Made by a program: the position numbers and the translations under genes. The notes below the pieces were generated by a model. It searched no databases and had not been told where the DNA came from. It saw only the letters and a list, made by a program, of their open reading frames with translations. Shown one piece after another: positions 1 through 13,204 of a stretch of 64,000 nucleotides of DNA. Source of the DNA: Anaeramoeba ignava BMAN. Taxonomy: Eukaryota > Protista > Anaeramoebae. Position 1 is the first letter of the stretch; each line of letters opens with the position of its first letter. Location of the stretch: positions 966,942-1,030,941 of the forward strand of contig JAPDFW010000114.1 of NCBI GenBank assembly GCA_028826165.1, in the 5' to 3' direction.

Positions 1-870
1 AAATTTTTTCTTCAATTTAATTCAAAGAAATCAATTCAATTCAAAGAAAACAATTCAATTCAAATTAATTCAATTTAATTCAAAACAATTCAATTCAATT
101 CAATTCAATTCAATTCAATTCAATTCAATTCAATTCAATTCAATTCAATTCAATTCAATTCAATTCAATTCAATTCAATTCAATTCAATTCAATCCAAAG
201 AAAACAATTCAATTCAATTTAATTCAATTTAATTCAATTCAATTTAATTCAATTCAATTTAATTCAAATCAATTTAATTCAATTCAATTCAATTTAAATC
301 AAATCAATTCAATTCAATTCAATTTAAATCAATTCAATTTAAATCAATTCAATTCAATTCAATTCAATTTAATTTAAAACAATTTAATTCAATTTAATTC
401 AATTCAATTCAAAGAAAACAATTTAAATCAAAGAAAACAATTCAATTCAATTCAAATCAATTCAATTCAAAGAAAACAATACAATTCAATTCAATTTAAT
501 TCAATTCAAAGAAAACAATTCAAAGAAAACAATTCAATTCAAATCAATTTAATTCAATTCAATTCAATTCAAAGAAAGCAATACAAATTAAAGAAAACAA
601 TTCAATTCAAATCAATTCAAATCAATTCAATTCAATTTAATATTCAATTCAAATCAATTTAATTCAATTCAATTCAAAGAAAACAATTTAAAGAAAACAA
701 TTTAAATCAAATCAATTCAATTCAATTCAATTCAATTCAATTCAAAGAAAACAATTTAAATCAAAGAAAACAATTCAATTCAATTCAATTCAATTCAATT
801 CAATTTAATTTAAAACAATTTAATTCAATTTAATTCAATTCAATTCAAAGAAAACAATTCAAAGAAAACA
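1..870. repeat. Simple repeat tract (CAATT)n with CAAAGAAAA interruptions
   Basis: Pentamer array read directly from the sequence. Confidence 0.95.
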
Positions 871-1062
871 ATATTTTCTTTCTTTTCTTCTTCTTCTTTT
901 TTTTCAGATTAATTAAAGAATAAAAAATCTCAAAAAACAAAAATTTGAAATTTGGAATTTGGAATTTGGATTTCTTTGTTTTTTATTGATTTGAAGAAAT
1001 TAATTTGATTGAAAGTAAATTAAAGTTGAATTGAATTTTGAAAAAGAAATGAAAAAAAGAAA

Positions 1063-2819
1063 TTAAATGAAATAAGTTTCAACTTCATCAACAATCCATT
1101 TATTATAAGAACCAGCTAAATAACTTTGAGATTCATTTGTATTATAAGTAATTCCATTAGGTAGATTATAGTTATAACCAAAATTTGTAGAGCCTCTATG
1201 TAAATCTGAATTCAACCCCAAATCATAATTACTTCCAAACCATGGACCATAATATGAATAATGATAATAAAGAGCATAACCTTCTTGACCTTGTTTAATT
1301 GTAAACTTTGCAGGTATTCTATCCCCTTTATCATTTCTTAATGAAAAAATAAATGCATTAGAATCTGAAATGGTACTGGCTCCAGTATTCTTCCAACCAA
1401 CTTGAGTAAAACCTCCAAAAATAAAATTATCTTTTGTTTTGATAATAACTAATGTTTTTCCTTTCCCATCAACTTTTTTATGCCATTTTTTAGAATCAAA
1501 TCCATCTATTTTTGCTGAAAATCCTTTTTTCATTTTATAAAAAAAATCATTATCATTTATCCATTCTTTTAATTTCTTAACATATTCTTCTTCTGTAATA
1601 ATTTCTGAATTTGAAAAAATCTTCAATAATTTATTTTGATTTTGATTTTGATTTTGATTTTGATTTTGATTATGAATTTCTTTTATTTTTTCTTTCTCAA
1701 ATGATAATTTAAGATTTTGAATTTCTTCATCTTTTTGTTTGAGAATTTTATCTTTCTTTTCATTTTCTGATTTGAGATTTTGATTTTCTTGTTTTAAATT
1801 TTGAGTTCCAGATTCAAATGATTTTATCTTTTTCTCGTAATTCTTTTATCTCTTCTTTTAATTTTCTTTTCATTTTCTTTAATTTGTTTATCATTTTCTT
1901 GAATTTTCTTTTCTTTTTCTTTAATTTTCTTTTCATTTTCTTTGATTTTTGTTTGATTTTCTTGATCTTGAATTTGAAAAATAGTTCTTTCAAAATCAAT
2001 TAAAAAAGAATTTGGAAGAAAAATATCAAATTGTTTTAATTTATCAAAATCTTGTTTTGAAATTGAATCTTTATCAAATAATGAAAAAAAAGAATGAAAT
2101 AATCTTTTCTTTGAATTCATTTTGTGTTCATATTTCCTTAATCTTAATTTTTTATTTCTTTTTTTAATCCAATTATCCAAAAATTGAAAAAAATCAAATT
2201 GAAAAATTTCTTTTTTTTCTTGTTTAAATTGAATAAATTTGATAATTTCTTCTTTAGTTAAATTGAATAAATTCTCATTATTTTGAATTTGGGAAAAATT
2301 TTGATTTATTAATTCAAAACATTTTATTTCAATTTCATTTGAATTTAAATTTCGATTTTGGAATAAAAATTGGAAAAAATTTGAATAATTAATTGAATTT
2401 AAAATTTTTTTTTGAATAATTTCTTTCAATAAATTTAATTTAAAATAAATTGAAATTTCCAATAATTGAATAAGATTTTCTTGATTCTCAAAAGAAATAT
2501 TTCCATAATAAATATAACTCAAAATTGATTCCATTTCTTTTTTATTAAATTGATTTAAAGAAATAGAAAGAGATTCTTGTCTTAATGATTCATTAAAAAA
2601 AGGAGATCTTGAAGATAAAATTGATTTATGAACTTTAATTTCAAAAGGATTTGATTTATTCTCAACAAAAATTGAAAAATCTTTAAATGAATTTTCATTT
2701 AAAAGGTTTGAATAATTTTTAATTAAATTTTTTGTTACTTTTTTTTCTAAATTTTTCATTTCATTTTCATTTTGATTTTGATTTGCATTTTGAATTTGGT
2801 TATTATTATTATTATCCAT
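1063..2819 (-). CDS. BTB/POZ-BACK, coiled-coil, TLDc domain protein (frameshifted near 1815-1860 in this assembly)
   Basis: ORF 1824-2819 has a BTB signature (FKDFSIFVEN..IKVHKSILSSRSPFF). ORF 1063-1626 has TLDc motifs (GFDSKKWHKKVDGKGKTLVIIKT..FIFGGFT..YGPWFG..DEVETYFI). The TLDc frame stays open upstream to 1845 (ESGTQNLKQENQ..), so the two join via small indels. Confidence 0.85.
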
Positions 2820-3239
2820 TTTGTTTTTGTGTTTTTGTTTTTTTTTGTGTTTTTGTGTTTTGTTTTTGTGTTTTTAAAAAAAAAGGAAAAAAATGAAAAA
2901 AAAAATTTAAAAAAAAAAAATGAATAAAAAAAGTGGATTTTGAAAATAAATAAAAATATAAAAAATAAGAATAAATTTAAATTAATAATTAATTTAATTT
3001 TCTTTTTAATTTATTATTTTAAATTAATTTATTAATAAATTATTATTATTTTTTATTAATTTTTTTTATTAAAAAAAAAGGAAAATTATTTTAATTTAAT
3101 TTTTAATTTAATTTTTTTTTTGGAATTTAAAAATTATTAATAAATTTAAATTTTAAAACAAATTTCTAAATTAATATTAATTCAATTTAATTCAAAAAGA
3201 TAAAATTTTAATTTCAAAAAAATCAATTTTCAAAATATT

Positions 3240-5060
3240 TTTAAATAATAAAATATTTAAATCTAAAACAATAAATTATTATTTTAATAATAAAATTAAA
3301 TATTAAAATATATTTTTAAATTAATTTTTAAATTAAATATTAAATTAAATCTATTTCCATTTTTATATTTTATATGTTAAATATTTAAATAATAAAATAT
3401 TTAAATCTAAAACATTAAATTATTATTTTTAATAATAAAATTAAATATTTTTAAATTAATTTATAAATTTTTAAATTAAAATTTCCATTTTTAATTTATA
3501 TATTAAATATTTAAATAATAAAATATTTAAATATAAAACAATTCATTATTTTTAATAAAATTGATTATTAAAATATATTTTTAAATTAATTTATAAATTA
3601 AATATTAAATTAAAAATATTTAAATAATAAAATATTTAAATCTAAAACAATAAATTAATATTTTTAATAAAATTGATTATTAAATTATATTTTTAAATTA
3701 ATTTATAAATTGAATATTAAATTAAACCTATTCTTATTTTTATATTTTTATGTTAAATATTTAAATAATAAAAATATTTAAATCTAAAACATTAAATTAT
3801 TATTTTAATAATAAAATTAAATATTAAATTATATTTTTAAATTAATTTATAAATTAAATATTAAATTAAATCTATTCTTATTTTTTTATATTTATATGTT
3901 AAATATTTTTAAATAATAAAATATTTAAATTTAAAACATTAAATTATTATTTTAATAATAAAATTAAATATTAAATTATATTTTTAAATTAATTTATAAA
4001 TTAAATATTAAATTAAATCTATTCTTATTTTTTTATATTTTTATGTTAAATATTTAAATAATAAAAATATTTAAATCTAAAACAATAAATTATTATTTTA
4101 ATAATAAAATTAAATATTAAATTATATTTTTAAATTAAAATTTAATTAATTAAATATTTAAATTAAATCTATTCTTATTTTTATATTTATAAATATATTA
4201 AATTAAAATATTTTTAAATAATAAAATATTTAAATCTAAAACAATAAATTATTATTTTAATAATAAAAATTAAATATTAAATTATATTTTTAAATTAATT
4301 TATAAATTAAATATTAAATTAAATCTATTCTTATTTTTTTATATTTTATATGTTAAATATTTAAATAATAAAATATTTAAATCTAAAACATTAAATTATT
4401 ATTTTAATAATAAAATTAAATATTAAATTATATTTTTAAATTAATTTATAAATTAAATATTAAATTAAATCTATTCTCCATTTTTATATTTATATGTTAA
4501 ATATTTAAATAATAAAATATTTAAATCTAAAACATATTTAAAAGTATTATTTTAATAATAAAATTAAATATTAAAAATTATATTTTTAAATTAATTTATA
4601 AATTAAATATTAAATTAAATCTATTCTTATTTTTTTTATATTTATATGTTAAATATTTAAATAATAAAAATATTTAAATTTAAAAACATTAAATTATATT
4701 TTTAATTAATTTAAAATTAATTATTAAATTAAATATTTAAATAAATTATCTAAAAACAATAAATTAATATTTTAATTAAATATTAAATTATATTTTTAAA
4801 TTAATTTAAATTAAATATTTAAATTTTTAAAATATTTAAATCTAAAACATTAAATTAATATTTTTAATAATAGAATTAAATATTAAATTATATTTTTAAA
4901 TTAATTTCTAAATTAAATATTAAATTAAATCTATATCCATTTTTATATTTTTATTTTTAAATATTTAAATTAATAAAATATTTAAATTAAAAAATTTAAA
5001 TATTAAGAAAAATTAAATATTAAAATATATTTTTAAATTAATTTATAAATTAAAATACTT
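3240..5060. repeat. AT-rich satellite, about 145-150 bp unit, roughly 12 copies
   Basis: AATCTAAAAC anchor recurs near 3261, 3405, 3781, 4075, 4234, 4381 and 4525. Confidence 0.85.
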
Positions 5061-5125
5061 TTATATTTTTAAATTAAATACTTTTATATTTTTTTTTCAA
5101 ATTTCATTTTTTTCTTTCTTTTTAA

Positions 5126-6427
5126 ATGCAACCAAATTTAATTTTTACACCAAATATAAACAGAATTAAACCAAGAAAAACATTTGAAAGTGATGCAATC
5201 GATTTTCTAATTACAGGAAACAAAACTCAAGAAAAAGAAAAAGAAAAAGAAAAAGAAAAAGAAAAAGAAAATGAAAATGAAAATGAAAATGAAAATGAAA
5301 ATGAAAATGAAAATGAAAATGAAAATGAATTTGAAAATGAATATGAAGATCAAGAAGAACCAATGCAAGAACAAACACAAGAACAAACACACCCAACAAC
5401 TCTAAAAGAAGCCAAACAACCTCAAGGAGATGGAATCAATAAAGTTCAAAGAATCAGTGAAGACAAAGGAGATTTTGCAATTGAAAAACGGAAAAAAAAA
5501 ATAAAACCAAAAGCAGAAGCAAATTTTATTGAAAAAAAAAAACCGAAAAAAAAAAAGAAAGAAAAACTAAAAGAAAAACCAAAAGAAGAAATGACACTCA
5601 ATCAATTAATAAACTGTCCTTTTAACACAGGAATTCCAAGTCGAACTGAAAGAGAAAGACTTGAAAGAAAAAAAAAAGAAAGAGAAGAAAGAAAGCTATT
5701 GAAAAAACAGCTGAAATTAAATCAGCAAGAAAACGAAGTCACTTCTTTAGAAAATAAAGAAGAAATCAAAACAAAGGCTGAAAAATTGAATGAAATATTA
5801 GAAACACCAATTGATTTGGATTCCATCAAAGAATCAAGTGTTTCAGACACAGAAAACAAGGAAGATGAAAACGAAGGAATTGAGGGCGAAATTGCAAATG
5901 CGGCCCAAATCAAAATCAACGATGATGGGGAGTTTTTATTGGATCATTCTTCAATGATGTCAAATATTTCAAATACTCAAAATTCTTTCAATGAAATTGA
6001 ATCAAATAAAATCATAATTGAAGAAACTAACAGAAGAATGTATGTCAAAAGAAGAGACAGAGATAGTTACTCAAAACCCTGGAGTGAAAAAGAAACAGAT
6101 CGTTTTTATGAAGCAATCAGAAAAATTGGAACAGATTTTTCTTTAGTTGCAAAATTTTTCCCTCATCGATCAAGAAGAGAAATTCGCAATAAATTTAAAA
6201 GAGAAGAGAAAATTAACCCAAATAGAATCAGTGCTGCTGTTTTAAATCAAGAAATTCCTCTCCAAGACCAAATCAAAATTGTTCCAGAAAAAAGAGGAAG
6301 AAAGAAAAAAATTCAAAATCAAAATTCAAATCAAAATTCAAATTCAAATCAAAAAAATAAAAAAAGAAAAAAAAGAAAATCAAAAAAAAATCAAAATTCA
6401 AAAAAAGAAGATCAAAAAGAAAATTAA
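5126..6427 (+). CDS. BDP1: TFIIIB B'' subunit Bdp1-like SANT/Myb domain protein
   Basis: KPWSEKETDRFYEAIRKIGTDFSLVAKFFPHRSRREIRNKFKREEKINP matches the Bdp1 SANT domain; intronless ORF. Confidence 0.85.
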   Translation: MQPNLIFTPNINRIKPRKTFESDAIDFLITGNKTQEKEKEKEKEKEKENENENENENENENENENENEFENEYEDQEEPMQEQTQEQTHPTTLKEAKQPQGDGINKVQRISEDKGDFAIEKRKKKIKPKAEANFIEKKKPKKKKKEKLKEKPKEEMTLNQLINCPFNTGIPSRTERERLERKKKEREERKLLKKQLKLNQQENEVTSLENKEEIKTKAEKLNEILETPIDLDSIKESSVSDTENKEDENEGIEGEIANAAQIKINDDGEFLLDHSSMMSNISNTQNSFNEIESNKIIIEETNRRMYVKRRDRDSYSKPWSEKETDRFYEAIRKIGTDFSLVAKFFPHRSRREIRNKFKREEKINPNRISAAVLNQEIPLQDQIKIVPEKRGRKKKIQNQNSNQNSNSNQKNKKRKKRKSKKNQNSKKEDQKEN

Positions 6428-6547
6428 AAAGAAGAAGAAGAAGAAAAATGGGATTTTTTTTTTTGTTAAATTCTTGTAAAAAAAAAATTTTTCAAATAAA
6501 AAAATAAAAAAATTTTTTTCATTTTTCTTCTTTCATTTTTTTTTAAA

Positions 6548-9500
6548 ATGGAAATGGATATTTTTACTTCAATTACAAAAAATGATTTAAATTCTTTAAA
6601 AGAAATAATTCAAAAAGATAAAGAATCAATTTTTTCTCATAAAAATACAGTTAATTTTATTTGAATTTTTATTTTAAATTTTATTTTAATTAAATTTTAA
6701 AATATTTATTAAAAAATAATAGATGAATCCAATTTATTTTGCAATAATTTTAAAAGCTAAAACTGAAATTATTATAGAACTTATTAAAGCAGGTTCTCCT
6801 TTAGAAGAATTTGTTTCAGTAAATTTTTATTATTATTATTATTATTATTTTTTTTTTATAAATTATTTTTCATTTCGAAATTTTTTCTCTTTTAGAATCA
6901 AACACCTTTACAAGCAGTTTGTAATCCAAAAAGATTTGAATTAATTGAAGTTTTATTAAAAAATGGTGCAAATCCAAATAATTTTAATGTAAATCAAAAA
7001 TTTAATTTTAAAAAATTTAATTTCAAAAAATTTAATTTATTTTTCATTTAGAAAGTAAATATTTAAAAATTATAAATTTTCTTTTTAATCATAAATTTAT
7101 TTTTATTTTTATTATTTTTATTATTAGAAACCTCCTCCTTTATTTCTGGCAATAAAACAAAAATTAAAATTGGAAATTATTGAAACTCTCATTTCTTATG
7201 GAGCTGATGTTAAGATTATTTATGTATTTTCCTTTTTCCTTTTTTTTTTTTCTTTTCAAAAATTAATTTTAATTTTCAAAATTAAAAAGAATAATTCATC
7301 AATTTTACATGAAACTTGTAAAGTTTATCCAAAAATTGACCTTATTAAATTATTCCTTTCTAATGGAGCAGATATAAATTTTTTAGATGTAATTAAATTT
7401 ATAAAATTCAATAATGATTAATTTTCTTTATAAAATGAAATTAATTCCATTTATTTAATTAGAATGTAAGCATTAAATCTTATTTAAATTTTCAAATCTT
7501 ATATTTTTTTTTAATTTAGAATGTAAGTTAATTTCTTTTTTATTCAACATTTTTTCTTTTCTCATAATAAAGTTTGATTTTATATAAAGAAAAATTCTCC
7601 TCTTCATTATATTATTAGAAAAAAGAATATGTTACCAATTATACAATTATTAGTTGAAAATGATGCAAAACTTGATTTCGAAAATGTATCTTTTTTTTAT
7701 TTAAAATCATTTTAATTTTATTATCATTTTTATTCGTTTAATACTAGCAAAATTCAATATTATTATCAGCTTTAAAATATCAATCTCTTGAAGTTATTCA
7801 ATTTCTTGTTAATTCTGGTTCGAAATTAGATTCAACAAATGTAATTAATCAATATAAAAAACAAAAACAACAATTTCTTCTTTTCTCATTGAATATTTTA
7901 TTATTCCTCAAAGATTACCCAAGTTCTTGAAACTGCTATTAAACATAAAGTTGATCCATCAATTTTTGAATTTTTATTCCTTTATAACAATTTGGGAGCA
8001 AACCAATCATTTAAAACTATTTTCTCCCTTTTCGAATTATGTTGGAGAAACAAATCTTCAGAAAAAATTTTAGATTTCCTCTCAAATTTTTTGACTGAAA
8101 GTTTTACATTTGTTAATGTATTCATTTTTTTAAAACTCATCAAAATTAAAATTAAATTTAAATTTATTATTGTAATTTAGAGTGTAAAAATATTTTAAAA
8201 ATGATTTGAATCATTTTTTATATATTCTATTCTTGATTTAGGAAAATAATTTATTTCAATATGTTTGTCAAGAAGGATGTCCATTGAATATTGTCAAAAA
8301 ATTTTACTCAGATTCTTTATTAAATTTACAAAATGTAAGAATTAATTTAATTCCTTTTTTTTTAATATAATAATAATAATCATAATAATCATAATAAATT
8401 TTAGAAAGTAAAAAATAGTTTTTATTCTTTTTTTTCTTTAGAAATAATTTCAAATATTCATTTCTTACTTTTTTTTTTTTTTTTGGAAATTGAAATATTT
8501 AAAGAATGTAAATATTTTCTCAATCCTACAAAAACAAAATTATAGTGATTTTCATTTTATTATTTATTACAATTTAAAATAGAAACACACACCTTTACTT
8601 CTTTCAATGACATTTAAAAAAAATACTGAGATTATTGAATTTTTATTAGAAAAGAATGCAGATGTTAATATTGCAAATGTATTTATTTATATTATTTTTT
8701 TTCCAGAATTTTCTTAAATAAAAAACTTTAATATTTGTGTTTTTTTCATTTATCAAGGATGTAAAATATTTTTCATTTTAATTTATTTTTGTGAATTAAT
8801 ATTAAAAATAACAATTTAGGATGTAATCATTTTATTATTTTTTAAAATAATATAAATCTAATTATAAATATAAATAGGGAACAATTCCATGTCATTTTTT
8901 AGATAATAAAATGAAGTTTGAAACGATTGAATCTATTGTTTCAAATACAAAAAAAATCAATCAAAGAGAAGTAAATAATTAATAATTTTAATTTTATTTC
9001 TAATTTAATTCATTATTTTTTTTTGTTTAGCGTTCTGTAAATATTCTTTTTTTTTTTAACAAAAAAAAAAACCAATTAAAAATCTTTTTTTTATATATAT
9101 ATAATCAATTCTTTGTAGACTGGAGTAAAAAAGAAAAAAGAAAATTAATTTTAGATTAAATTTTTATTGATTAAATTTTTTTAGATGGTAATATTAATCT
9201 TAAATTATTTTTGAAAATTAATTTCTCTTTTTTAAAAAAAAAACACAAAAGACACCACTTCTTTATGCAATTACCAATAAACTTGATGAAAAAATTATTG
9301 AATTACTTCTTCAAAAAGGTTCTTCTGTTCAAATCACAACTGTAATAAAAATTAAAATTTAAAAATTTAAAAATTAAAAAATTAATTTTAATTTTAATTT
9401 TAATTTTTGATTTTGAGTTTAGAAAGTGAGAAATTTTTATTTTTATTTTTATTTTTAAATTATTTATTTCTCATTTTTATTTTTAGGATGTTCATTTTCA

Positions 9501-12316
9501 TTTTCCAAAAAAAGAAAAAATAATTAATTAATTAATTTTTAAATATAACATTTTGTAAAATTTAGCATAAAACTATATTAGATTTATATTGTGAAAATTA
9601 TCAAGGAATGAATATTTTGAGAATGATAGTAGAAAATGGATGTAAAATCAATCATAAATCTCAAGTAATTTAATCTTTTTATTCAATAATTCAAAAAAGT
9701 GAAAAAAAGAATTATTCAAATTTTGTTCTCCTTTTATTATTATTATTATTAAAAGGAATCATGGAAACATCCTTTAGTATCCTTACTTTTGAAAGATATT
9801 TTTGAAATTGAACCTTATAAATATTTAATTGAACATGGTGCTAAAATTTCAGATGTATAAAACATTTACATAAATTTTTATTTTGAAAAAAAAAATGGAA
9901 AAAATTTATTATGATATCATTTCTTTTTCTTTTTCTTTTCTCAGGGATTTTCTCCAATAAGATACTCTCTTGCAAGAGCTCCTTTTGAACTTTTCGAATT
10001 TCTATTACAATCTGGTGCTTTTTTAGAAGATGTATTTATTCTAACAAAAAAAATTGAAAATAAAAATGTTTCTTTATTTTTCAATTTATTTATTTATTTT
10101 CCTAAAATAGGATATTCTTTATCAGGCAATTAATTCTTTGGCTTCTATTGAAAAAATTGAAATGTTAATAAAATATGGAGCCAATCTAGATTATTCAAGT
10201 GTGAGTTGATTTTGATTAATTTAAAAACCAAAAAAATAATTGAAAATTATTAAATTAACAAATTTTTTTTTTCCAAATTTAGTATGTAAATATTTTTTTC
10301 ATTCATTTAAATTGATTTATTTTTATTATTATTATTATTATTATTAAATAGTATGGAGATTTATTATATGCTGCTGCAACAAAATCATTTGCTCAAGCAA
10401 TTCAACTTTTATTAAAAAATGGATCTCCGTTTAAAGGAAATCGTGTAAAAAAATATTTAATTTGAAAATGGAAAGAATTCATTTTTTTGTTTTAACTTAT
10501 TATTTTTGGATTATAGTATGTAAAAATTTTATTTAGATTTTTATAAAAAAAGAAAGAGAATTTTCATCTTCTTTTTTATTATAACAAAAAAAAACAATAA
10601 TAAAAATATATTAAGCATGATACACCTATTCATGCTACAATTCAAAAACATAGTGTTGAATCATTGAAAGTTTTTATTCAACATGGAATTAATCTTAACC
10701 AACCAGGAGTAAGTTTAATTAAAATCAAACAAAAAAAAACAATATTTCTTTTATTTAAATCAAAAATTTATTTGTTTAATTCAATTATGAATAGATTTAT
10801 CCTTATTTATGCTATGCAATAAAAGAAGGAGTAAGTTTAGATATGATAAAAATATTAATTTTCTCAGGAGCAAATGTGAATGCGAAAAATGTATTTAACA
10901 AAATTGTTTATATTCTCATTTATAAATTAAAATTTTAAATTTAAATATTTTTTAGAGTGTAAAAATATGATTAATTTTTAGATTTTTCAAAAATTAAAAT
11001 TAAATTTAAATTTATTTTTTAAAGAATGGAGACACAGCTTTGCATTTATTAATTCATCCAAATCGATTTTCTTATTATTATACTGAAGAAAATTATACAG
11101 ATGATAAGATTTCTACAATAAGAATACTTTTAGATCATGGAGCAGATTGGACTTTGACTAATGTACAAAAAAAAAATCAAGATATTATTTTGATTTATTT
11201 TCTAATTTTCCAAAATAATTGAATATATTATTTAGCATGTAAAAATCAAATAGAATTATTTTTAAATTTTGATTAAACTCATTTTTCAATTATTGAAGGT
11301 TGTAAATAAAAAATAAAATAATATTTTTTTTGGATTTGTAAATTAAATTAAATTAAATTAAATTAAAAAAAAAGAACAAAACTCCATTATCTTATGTTAC
11401 AAGACCAGAGATCATCAAATTAATATCAACATACATGTCAGTTATTGATGATATGGCCAAGTTAATAGAACGTGAAGAAATGACTGATTTTGTTATTCCA
11501 ACAATAGAAGGGGATGTGCATTCTTACAAACCACTTTTACAGATTAGAATAGGAAAGGATTTGTTTGAAAAAGGGATTGAAATTTTATCAAGAAAAAAAA
11601 TTATGGAAGTTAAAATTTTTGTGAAGTTTCTTTGTGCAGGAATTATTGATAATGAAAATTTGTCTATTATTCAAGATATTGCAAACGAAATTGGAATAGA
11701 TGTTGATTCAAAAAGAGGAAGAAATGGAATTTTAATGGATTTGAAAAAGCTTTATGAAGAGGAAGAAACGAAAGATTTTGTGATAATTTCAAATGAAGAA
11801 AAAATTCCTGTTCATAAACCTATTTTGTTAGCAAGAAGTGAACTTTATAGAGGAATGTTTTTGTCTGTGAAAGATGATTCAAATCAAGTGAATGATTATA
11901 GTGGAAAATCAACAGAAGCTGTGAAAACTTTGATTAAATTTTTATATACTGATGAACTAGATGAGAATATTTCAAAAGAAGTTTTTTCAGAACTTAAAGA
12001 TGTTGTTGATTATTATTTACTGAATGAGAATTCTTTTTTACCAACAAGACTTGAGGAAATTCGAACAAGTTATAAAAAAGATACAAGAGAATGGTATTAT
12101 AAGATTATGAATGAATTTTATCTTGATGAGAAGGTTGAAGATAATTTAGATGATTTAGATGAATTTTCAAGTGATTATGATGAACAAGAAAAAGAAATAG
12201 AATTAGAACTAGAACAAGAATTAGAAAAACAAAAGGAAAAACGAAAACAAAGACAAAAAGAAGAAAAAGAAAAAGAAAGAAAACAAAAACAAAAACAAAA
12301 ATCCAAATTCAGATGA
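6548..12316 (+). CDS. Ankyrin-repeat (about 20) plus C-terminal BTB protein; 39 exons including 18 microexons
   Basis: Manual splicing, all introns GT-AG and phase 0. Large exons: 6548-6649, 6723-6818, 6896-6988, 7128-7223, 7290-7388, 7590-7685, 7748-7840, 7914-8117, 8242-8334, 8583-8678, 8878-8970, 9252-9341, 9566-9664, 9756-9854, 9945-10031, 10111-10200, 10352-10444, 10616-10708, 10795-10890, 11025-11162, 11375-12316. Most encode about one ankyrin repeat (TPLQ/SPLH/TALH..GADVN). The last exon has BTB motifs (KDFVII..IPVHKPILLARSELYRGMF..FLYTD). Confidence 0.85.
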
Positions 12317-12354
12317 TGATTTAGATCAATTCAATTTATTTGATTAAGAAAGAT

Positions 12355-13040
12355 TATTACAAAAATTATTAGAAATATTATTACAAAAATTATTATAAAA
12401 ATTATTACAAAAATTATTACAAAAATTATTATAAATATTATTATAAATATTATTATAAAAATTATTATAAATATTATTAATATTATTATAAATATTATTA
12501 TAAATATTATTATAAAATTATTATTAAAATTATTATAAATATTATTATTAAAATTATTATAAAAATTATTATAAAAATTATTATAAACATTATAAATATT
12601 ATTATAAATATTATTATTAATATTATTATTAATATTATTATTATAATTATTATTAAAAAATTATTAATATTAATATTATTAAAATTATTACAAAAATTAT
12701 TATAAATATTATTACAAAAATTATTATAAAAATTATTATTAAAATTATTATAAATATTATTATAAAAATTATTATAAATATTATTATAAATATTATTATA
12801 AATATTATTATTAAAATTATTATAAATATTATTATAAATATTATTATAAATATTATTATTAAAATTATTATAAATATTATTATAAATATTATTATAAATA
12901 TTATTATAAATATTATTATTAAAATTATTATAAATATTATTATAAATATTATTATAAAAATTATTATTAAAATTATTATAAATATTATTATAAATATTAT
13001 TATAAAAATTATTATAAAAATTATTATTAAAATTATTAGA
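12355..13040. repeat. Simple repeat (AAATATTATTAT)n-like
   Basis: Read directly from the sequence. Confidence 0.9.
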
Positions 13041-13204
13041 AGAGAATTTATAAGAAAGATTAGATTTTGGAAAATTTTTTTTTATTGATCATTTTTTTTA
13101 AACCCCTTTTGATCAATTTTCTTTTTTAATCAAAAACAAAAAAATAAAAAAATTAAATTTTCATTTTTTTCATTTTCATTTTCATTTTTTGAAATAAAAA
13201 GAAA

